From positions 1 to 64,000 of IMG/VR virus record IMGVR_UViG_3300031963_000066: a DNA stretch of 64,000 bases. One strand, written 5' to 3'. The notes under the pieces are model-generated. The model made no database searches. It had not been told where the DNA came from and saw only the letters and a list, made by a program, of their open reading frames with translations. Position 1 is the stretch's first letter; every line of letters starts with the position of its first letter. The DNA is from a virus. This document shows positions 57,901 through 64,000 of this stretch, piece after piece. Both the position numbers and the translations under genes were made by a program.

Positions 57901-59857
57901 AGAGACTTGCAGAGTTAGCTGTACGAAATGCACCGTTAGCATACAATGATGCGGAATCTGAACGACTTCTTAACCAAGTATTTGCTTGTGTTGTATTGTC
58001 ATTCAGTGTTTTTGCAGCAGTCAGTGATGCAGCTTTTGTGCCATCAGTAGTTGATATTGAATCACTAAGTTGTTGTTCGGTAATAATTCTGTAGTATGAA
58101 GCCGATTGAAAACTATCCACATCATTAATATCAAAATAATTTCCTGCTTCATTCCAACGAATTGCTGCATTTGCGGCCGCAGTTCCGGATGTTCCATCGA
58201 CTGTTCTATAAACATTGAAAGATGATGTTTGATTTCTTGATGCTTGACTTAATGTGAATTCGTTTGAATTGAATACTGTTCGTCCATTGATAACAAAATT
58301 GCCAGCAACACTGAAATCTTCATTTACCTGTAAGCTCTTAACTGTTGCTTCAGCATTTTCGGCATCAATTAAATTCGAAATGCGTACATTTGGTGTCCAA
58401 ACATCAGTGTTTGCTCTTATTGTGTTTGCTCTTACTGTGTCGGTTGCCCAAACATTTGCTGTATTGACACGGGAATTTGCTTGCAACCTATCGGTAAATG
58501 TGATACCATACACAGACAATGTGCCAGTATTGGCTGATGTGTTAGCTTCAAGTCTATCTGTAAATGTGGTATTATAAACCGACAATGTATCGGTGTTTGC
58601 CGATGTATTGGCTTGAAGTCTGTTGGTGAAGGTTGTACCAGTAACAGAAGCTGTTGTTGTGTTAGTTGATACGTTAGCTTGCACAACATTGGCATACATT
58701 GTCCAAACTACGGATGCATTAGATGTATTGGATGATGTATTAGCTTGTAACACATTAGTAAAAGAAGTTCCTGTTACTGATAATGTTGTAGTATTTGCTG
58801 ATGTATTTGCTTGCAATTCATTCGTGTGTGTGGTGCCAGATACAAAAGCTGTTGCAGTTGTTGTAAATGTATTTGCTTGCAATACATCTGTAAATGTAGT
58901 ACCAGTGACAGAAGCTGTTGTTGTATTGGTTGACACATTAGCTTGCACTACATTAGCATATAGTGTATGCATAACCGATGCATTAGATGTATTGGTTGAT
59001 GAGTTGGCTTGCACTACATTTGCATACAGTGTGTGCATAACCGATGCATTGGAAGTATTAGATGATGTATTTGCTTGCAATACATCTGTAAATGTGGTAC
59101 CAGTAACAGAAGCTGTCGTTGTGTTTGTAGATATGTTTGCTTGTACTACATTTGCCCACAAGGTGTGTATAACGGATGCATTGGCTGTATTGGTAGATGT
59201 GTTAGCTTGTAATACATTTACCCAAGCTGTGCCACTTACACCAACAGATGTTGTGGTAACATGTGTATTGGCCTGAATAGTTGCAGTAAGAATACTTGTG
59301 TTTGCTTGCACATCATTAGTAAACACTTTGTTGTTTGCAGAAAGTGTACCTGTCAATACACTGGTATTTGATTGTATTCTGTTTGTATAAAGTGAATTAT
59401 ATATTGAAGCATTAGAAGTGTTAACAGAATTGTTTGATTGCAATGTTTCTGTAAATGTTCCACCTACTACAGAAATGCTTCCACCAAACAATGAGTTATT
59501 TGCAACTCTTAGTGCTGTGTCTGATCCTAAAACGTTTAATACATTACCAACATTGGCTGTTCCTGTTGTTGCAAGACTTAGATTTCCATTTGAAAAGTAA
59601 CCTTGCCCTTCCACATTCAAATTGTTTTGAATGATTGCAGAAGAACCAATACCTTGCACTGAAAATGTCTTTTGAACAATAACATTTCCGTTTGATTGTA
59701 ATGCTGTCTGTGAATTTTCTGAAAGGAATAATGTTCCAGAATCTTTGACATAATTTTCTTTGGCAAGAATGTTGTTTTCGGTAACCAGATTGTTGGTTGC
59801 AACCATCCAATCACCAAATGTATTGGCATAACTTAATGAGGATACTGTATTAGCCAT
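54977..59857 (-). CDS. long tail-fibre-like protein
   Basis: NTFGDWMVATN anchor, 22-aa QAN repeats, ANxA coil, AG.A repeats, aromatic C-terminal domain. Confidence 0.8.
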   Translation of the reverse strand: MANTVSSLSYANTFGDWMVATNNLVTENNILAKENYVKDSGTLFLSENSQTALQSNGNVIVQKTFSVQGIGSSAIIQNNLNVEGQGYFSNGNLSLATTGTANVGNVLNVLGSDTALRVANNSLFGGSISVVGGTFTETLQSNNSVNTSNASIYNSLYTNRIQSNTSVLTGTLSANNKVFTNDVQANTSILTATIQANTHVTTTSVGVSGTAWVNVLQANTSTNTANASVIHTLWANVVQANISTNTTTASVTGTTFTDVLQANTSSNTSNASVMHTLYANVVQANSSTNTSNASVMHTLYANVVQANVSTNTTTASVTGTTFTDVLQANTFTTTATAFVSGTTHTNELQANTSANTTTLSVTGTSFTNVLQANTSSNTSNASVVWTMYANVVQANVSTNTTTASVTGTTFTNRLQANTSANTDTLSVYNTTFTDRLEANTSANTGTLSVYGITFTDRLQANSRVNTANVWATDTVRANTIRANTDVWTPNVRISNLIDAENAEATVKSLQVNEDFSVAGNFVINGRTVFNSNEFTLSQASRNQTSSFNVYRTVDGTSGTAAANAAIRWNEAGNYFDINDVDSFQSASYYRIITEQQLSDSISTTDGTKAASLTAAKTLNDNTTQANTWLRSRSDSASLYANGAFRTANSASLYANGAFGAANSASSYANSAFASANNVAPQIAPAFAQANAAFGKANAATAEIKGTRGSISPTSASLTLTSNNGIAIHSVTANTLAISTSQDLQTTASPSFTGLTVTGTPLSTSSGGTGSTSAASAFNTLVAAATGTASGTSGYVLATGGTGNFYWTAAGAGGAGTQPGTRITSNRLSYTGDGSTTQYTTPTFSQANQVRVYINGVRQLESEYTLNSGTSKVTMTVAPVNNDKILIEVDGYAVYEYFANNIVYGPATGALTTGTIQSAIDGLESGKMPKTGGTFTGQVIGQTIDKATANTSLATGSYVHNLANSNWTFSHSITGNAGTVTNGLYSTGSYANPAWLTSLNADKLSGGTISSTILGNSSHFIGTTSIALNRATGFQRLTGVNINGIADSANNLISTAGDLGYTVSGQDVSYVGHLGPQVQSQGAGAAAMSFHRPGLYAINFGLGTDNQLRTGGWSRGGASYVILDSGNYNSYAPTLTGTGASGNWNITSAFATNSTYANNITMGFNSNWNTDFSHAPAGSTVLRGDTSSGSSTGGPGGSWWFQQNMRHTNASNLWGVQVAWGWEDNANLLRTRNIQNGNYGGWVTYINSTNIGSQSVSYATSAGSATSAGYATSAGNSTTVAGLNVHANRNNEANKIVRTDASGYLQTGYINSSNGDENNASNPPRVWGTNGSDSYLRSYQTGSLSVGYAGSAGNATYAGSAGYAGNAGYASSAGNAGYATTAGSASNVTQGTAYFTYAESFGMGSVGGVTYTSTGAGGGGWNTVQYLNIPSAGWWNITEPDMFYRGQRLNSSMWASGTTYLWLVVEVLVDNVWRLIKLTTQNYDTVNYMPADGSVYYAARPFQTYGPYGYWHWSNEDTTWAALGSQKTPYYLAAGNNVRVTMKFANDYFRAGTHFMTEANAASGRGYYMDSVLGWRNDGTNPSATNKHVYKIGPDVNNEWRAYANGGPAGYWYAGGSVRFMAYKVGT

Positions 59858-59858
59858 T

Positions 59859-60083
59859 TTAACCTTTTTCTAATAGTTTTAATAACAAACTTTTTATTTC
59901 CGTTATATCTTCCCTGAGCACTTTGACCTCAGACTTAACATTATTTATTTCTTCTTTTTGAGACTCCAGGGCCCGGCGTTTATTCAAATATTCATCTAAA
60001 CCATTTTTATCTTGGTTTATAATTGCACCGGTTCTGGTGTCCCTAACAAGTTTTGTACCTTCAACTCTCAAATACATAATCAA
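59859..60083 (-). CDS. small conserved coiled-coil protein
   Basis: LVRDTRTGAIIN..EIKSLLLKLL. Confidence 0.7.
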   Translation of the reverse strand: MIMYLRVEGTKLVRDTRTGAIINQDKNGLDEYLNKRRALESQKEEINNVKSEVKVLREDITEIKSLLLKLLEKG

Positions 60084-63000
60084 CCAATCGAACTATTGAT
60101 ATTTGAAGGCAGTGCAATACATCTCATGTCTGTCAAATGAGGTACAATAGTTGTATCTGTAGTCAACAAAACAATTTTGATTGCAAACTGATTGAATGAG
60201 TTATATGTTTGGCCATTTGTTGATGTATAAGAAACATAACCTTGTTCTGTACCTAAACTTCCTGGTGCAAAAGTATATTCATGCAAATCACCTCTAAATT
60301 TAGAATACAATGTGTTAGAATTCTTTGTTTTGGTCATTAGGATCCAAGAACCATCAGCAAAAGATTGTGTATCATTTCTATTCAAAATCTTGTAGTACAC
60401 TTGTATATCTGTTTTTGCAGGACGATATGCAGACAAATAGACATTCAAATCTCCAGAATCAAAACCTGCTTCCAACACAACCTTCTTGGTTACATATCTT
60501 GTTGTTGCAGGACCACCATTCTTAGAAGTTTCACCTGTAATGATTGCAGATGCACCTGCCGCAGAACCACCAGAAACATCAATCGAAACAGTTGGTGTTT
60601 CTATGTATCCAGAACCTGGTGTTGTTAGATAGATTGAAGTAATTTTACCAGCTTCAATCACAGGTGATGCATAAGCTTGTACAGCATTTGCACCTGTTGG
60701 TGCAGAAATAGAAACTGTTGTATTGCCTGTTGCATAACTATTTCCTTGCGACACAATAGATATCAAACTATTTGACAATTCACAATTGTTTATGTTGTAT
60801 TGAACTGTAAATACAGTAGTACCAGCATCAGAAATGACTGGAGAAACTGCATTATCTTGTGATGATAACTGGCCGTACAATGAGAAAGATGTTTCCGAAT
60901 TGGCAACCAAAACTCTTTGACGTTGATTATCATCCAAATAAATGTGTTCATACATTGTTGTACCAAATTTACCTGGATTTATTGCAACTTGGCCAGCAGA
61001 TGTACCACCTTGCAGTGTTGCATCATAGGTATAGTTGATTGAGGTTGATGATGGAACAAAATCGGTTGTTGATATATTAAAAGCATCCACTAATATATTA
61101 GAATTTGATGTTGTTGATATCAAATCTGTCATTGTGTTTGCATTTTTGTAGAAATCAATTTCAGAATCAACCAAAGTTCTTTGTGGCAACTTCTTAGGTA
61201 CAACCATTCTAATTGATGGTGTGACTGATGTGTTGAACACACAACGATCAATTGTAAACATCACAGATTGATTTTGGTCAGCTTCCCATGTTTGTGAATT
61301 CTGAGAAAGGAATAAACCACCAACATAGTGTGCAGCTGATATTTTTGTAATTGAACTTGGATATGGATCAGTTGATAGATTTTTTACTGTTGATGGTAAT
61401 GCTTCTTCATTGTTTGATGCGGTCCACAATGTGTACTCATTAGACAAAGATTTAACAATAAATGCATATAATACACCAGATTGAATATACACTGGAGAAG
61501 TAAAGGTAAATTCAGTGTATGTAGTTGAATCTAAATGCTGCGGAGTTGAAGAAACTTTAACTTTAGTTGGATCCAAAGTAACCACTGAATGGTCCAATGT
61601 TACTCCATTTGGATAACCATTTAATGTACCAACAATTGATAATGTTATTGGTGAACCATCATTTGTTGATGTTGGTTTTGAAGCAAAGAACACTCTGATT
61701 GAAGAAAGAAAAGCACCATTTGGAAAGTTTGTCGGATCAATCTGGAAAGTTTGAGCAACAGGATCACCAGTCCATGGTGGTGGCGGTTGCAAATCTGTAA
61801 TTATTCTTCTTGTTTGAACTTCTGATGTGTTGGTTGTATAAGAAGAATCTTTATACAATGTTTGTTTGAAAGTATCTTTTGCCCCAGATGGTGATGCACC
61901 AAAATCAATAGTTTGTCTATTGATTTGCAAACCTTCCGCATAGAAAGTACCTTCAGCATATGTTGTTACTGTGCCAACATTGTTATTGATACGGTTGTCT
62001 AAACGAAAGACTTTTTGGCCGGTGTGAAAAGTATTTGCTGGTACAGTGAACACACCAAAGAAATCACCACGTTCATTGGATTCAATCGAACCTGTAGTTG
62101 AACCAATAGAATATGTTTCTTTATCTGGTAATCCAACAACTGAAGATACTACTATAGGTGTTGCAAGTGTTGCAACTTTTGTTGATCCATCATAATCTGA
62201 AATCACAGCTGATTGGCCAGGATTTGCACCAGAAGTTATGTAAATCGTTAAACCATTATAGAAATCATTTACACTTGATGCTAATGGTGATAATTGTATT
62301 GATGTAAGAGATGTTGAATCTTTTAATGTACCACTGTAGTGTTCACTAGAGTTACTAAATTGTGTTGCAACAACACTACCCGAAGCAGTAGATGACTGAT
62401 AAACACCTGATGCATTGAAGAATCCGTTTTGTAAAGCTAAACCATTATTGTATGTGGTTGTCTTAAAGTCATTTGAAACATATAAACGAATCTTGGTTGT
62501 ATCTGTGTAGTTGTACACACCTTCAACTTTACCTGTAGGTGTGAATGTACCAGCTGAATAGTAACCGATAATGTCGCCAGCTTTAAATGTACCAGTCACG
62601 GATGCAACTTCAATTGTATTCAATCTGCGAACATAAGAATCAACACTTACATTATCAAAGAAAGCATATAACTTGGTTTTAATTAACAGGTTAGAAGCTT
62701 TAATCATAATCTGCTGTGGTTTGATCCACGGCAAAATACTAATATCATTTATGTAACCATTATTCAATGAATAGGTGTTATCTATTTTGTTGTATGGTCC
62801 AAGTATATTAGTTTGTTGTTCTTTAAACTTTGTCAGGTAAGTTGAAGAAAGTGTGGAATTCTGTATGGTTGTTTGTTGCAATCCAGTTGATCCACCCGTC
62901 CAACCAACACTATTAGATACTGTTGCCCAGGGGCTAGATGTTTGTGACTGTAAACTTGTTGCTGATGTTCCAGGAACTGTTTGCCAATCACCAAAAGATA

Positions 63001-64000
63001 ATGTGTTGTTTACATTACCTCTTTGGTATATTTGCAAACTAGGATCAACAACCAACAAAGCAGGTGAATATGTTGTATCAACCCAATTGTCCATGTTTGG
63101 AGACAACGACAAGCTACCTTTTGAAAAAGGTGTATTGAATGGGTTCACATTGGTTGTTCTGCTTGCCAATTTTTGTGATACTATAATGCTTGTGGTATAT
63201 GGCAATGTGAAATAATTCACTGAACCATCTCGACTAACATTAAAATTCAACGCAGAAATTGATGATGATGTTGGTGAATTCATGTTATACACCATGGCCA
63301 AATTCTTCAATGGGAAATTTTTAACATTTTGGCCAGCCGTTAACTGTCTGGTTCTTCTATTAATGTTTGCATTGAAATCAGTAACACCAGAGTCTGAAGC
63401 AGAAAAACTTGAGAAATCATCTACCATAATACCATTTTTGAATCTATTTAATCCGTATGCATCAGAGATTTGCAATGAGTTTGCATTTTGTTCCAATGAA
63501 TTCAAAGAAGTATAGTATTCAACACGGTTAATTCTTGTGTCAAGACCAGCAATGTCAGCCATTGTGTAACGGCGGTGTTGCACTTTTTCTATAGACAAAT
63601 CTGGTAATTTACCAACAGGTGACTCAGTTGTCACATATCCGGTGTATGGATTATGTGTGATGTTGGCTATTGTTAGAGAAGAATCTGGTTCATTAGGTAG
63701 AATAGGGTTGATTGAAGGAGAACCCTCAACTATTTGTAGACTTCTATCTTTGGTTAAAACTAATTTATCTTTACGACCAAGATAATGTTCATAGTCACAA
63801 ATAAAACTTGTTGAATCTACAGGCAATAAAATTCCAACTCTTGTGTCTGATGGATTAGAGTAACGGAAAACAAAATCTGTTTGAGCATTTTGACGGGATG
63901 GTCTAAAATCCAAACAATCTCTCAACGAATATGTTGTTCCATTTTTACTTGTGTAATCTGGAATTTCTCTATAATTTTCTGGTGAATCTGAATTGGTGTA
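60080..64000 (-). CDS. large baseplate/structural protein (DUF4815/VrlC-like), 5' end outside window
   Basis: DFRP, RYTMADI..LDTRI.RVEYYTSL, RFKNGIMVDDF, DPVAQTF; frame is open to the window edge. Confidence 0.85.
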   Translation of the reverse strand, partial: YTNSDSPENYREIPDYTSKNGTTYSLRDCLDFRPSRQNAQTDFVFRYSNPSDTRVGILLPVDSTSFICDYEHYLGRKDKLVLTKDRSLQIVEGSPSINPILPNEPDSSLTIANITHNPYTGYVTTESPVGKLPDLSIEKVQHRRYTMADIAGLDTRINRVEYYTSLNSLEQNANSLQISDAYGLNRFKNGIMVDDFSSFSASDSGVTDFNANINRRTRQLTAGQNVKNFPLKNLAMVYNMNSPTSSSISALNFNVSRDGSVNYFTLPYTTSIIVSQKLASRTTNVNPFNTPFSKGSLSLSPNMDNWVDTTYSPALLVVDPSLQIYQRGNVNNTLSFGDWQTVPGTSATSLQSQTSSPWATVSNSVGWTGGSTGLQQTTIQNSTLSSTYLTKFKEQQTNILGPYNKIDNTYSLNNGYINDISILPWIKPQQIMIKASNLLIKTKLYAFFDNVSVDSYVRRLNTIEVASVTGTFKAGDIIGYYSAGTFTPTGKVEGVYNYTDTTKIRLYVSNDFKTTTYNNGLALQNGFFNASGVYQSSTASGSVVATQFSNSSEHYSGTLKDSTSLTSIQLSPLASSVNDFYNGLTIYITSGANPGQSAVISDYDGSTKVATLATPIVVSSVVGLPDKETYSIGSTTGSIESNERGDFFGVFTVPANTFHTGQKVFRLDNRINNNVGTVTTYAEGTFYAEGLQINRQTIDFGASPSGAKDTFKQTLYKDSSYTTNTSEVQTRRIITDLQPPPPWTGDPVAQTFQIDPTNFPNGAFLSSIRVFFASKPTSTNDGSPITLSIVGTLNGYPNGVTLDHSVVTLDPTKVKVSSTPQHLDSTTYTEFTFTSPVYIQSGVLYAFIVKSLSNEYTLWTASNNEEALPSTVKNLSTDPYPSSITKISAAHYVGGLFLSQNSQTWEADQNQSVMFTIDRCVFNTSVTPSIRMVVPKKLPQRTLVDSEIDFYKNANTMTDLISTTSNSNILVDAFNISTTDFVPSSTSINYTYDATLQGGTSAGQVAINPGKFGTTMYEHIYLDDNQRQRVLVANSETSFSLYGQLSSQDNAVSPVISDAGTTVFTVQYNINNCELSNSLISIVSQGNSYATGNTTVSISAPTGANAVQAYASPVIEAGKITSIYLTTPGSGYIETPTVSIDVSGGSAAGASAIITGETSKNGGPATTRYVTKKVVLEAGFDSGDLNVYLSAYRPAKTDIQVYYKILNRNDTQSFADGSWILMTKTKNSNTLYSKFRGDLHEYTFAPGSLGTEQGYVSYTSTNGQTYNSFNQFAIKIVLLTTDTTIVPHLTDMRCIALPSNINSSIG

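Noticed and set aside
58623-59276. Long plus-strand ORFs opposite fibre and capsid genes
   Set aside because: Shadow frames caused by repetitive, biased codon use on the coding strand.
38701-59857. Diversity-generating retroelement acting on fibre genes
   Set aside because: No reverse transcriptase and no template/variable repeat pair differing only at adenines was seen in this window.
1962-64000. Alternative genetic code (stop-codon reassignment)
   Set aside because: Core genes are full length under the standard code and no suppressor tRNA is present in the window.

Overview
AT-rich 64 kb segment of a large T4-like myovirus genome. Essentially all genes are on the minus strand. The gene content (hsp20, peptide deformylase, cytidylyltransferase, LamG-rich fibres) resembles aquatic T4-like phages; the host cannot be fixed from sequence, and a proteobacterial host is only a guess. 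From right to left in transcription order: (1) a long tail/baseplate/fibre region (60080-64000 to 34785) built from shuffled coiled-coil, adaptor, Gly-rich and LamG modules; (2) the neck-terminase-sheath-tube-portal-head core (gp13-gp23, gp3); (3) recombination/replication genes (uvsY, uvsW, gp55, gp47, gp46, gp1, gp45, dsbA, gp44, gp62, regA) interleaved with accessory enzymes and homing endonucleases; (4) a tRNA cluster (Ile2-CAU, Gln, Ser-UGA, 8/4-type Ser-GCU, long-arm UAU, Cys, Glu). The most striking unannotated element lies just upstream of the tRNA operon. A sigma70 promoter drives a 37-codon leader ORF (1767-1880) that contains all 20 amino acids and whose first 27 codons are all different. 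It is coupled to mutually exclusive antiterminator/terminator hairpins. This looks like a ribosome-mediated attenuator that senses depletion of almost any tRNA or amino acid and switches on the phage tRNA genes, which also carry rrn-like boxA elements. All calls were made by eye, without database searches.
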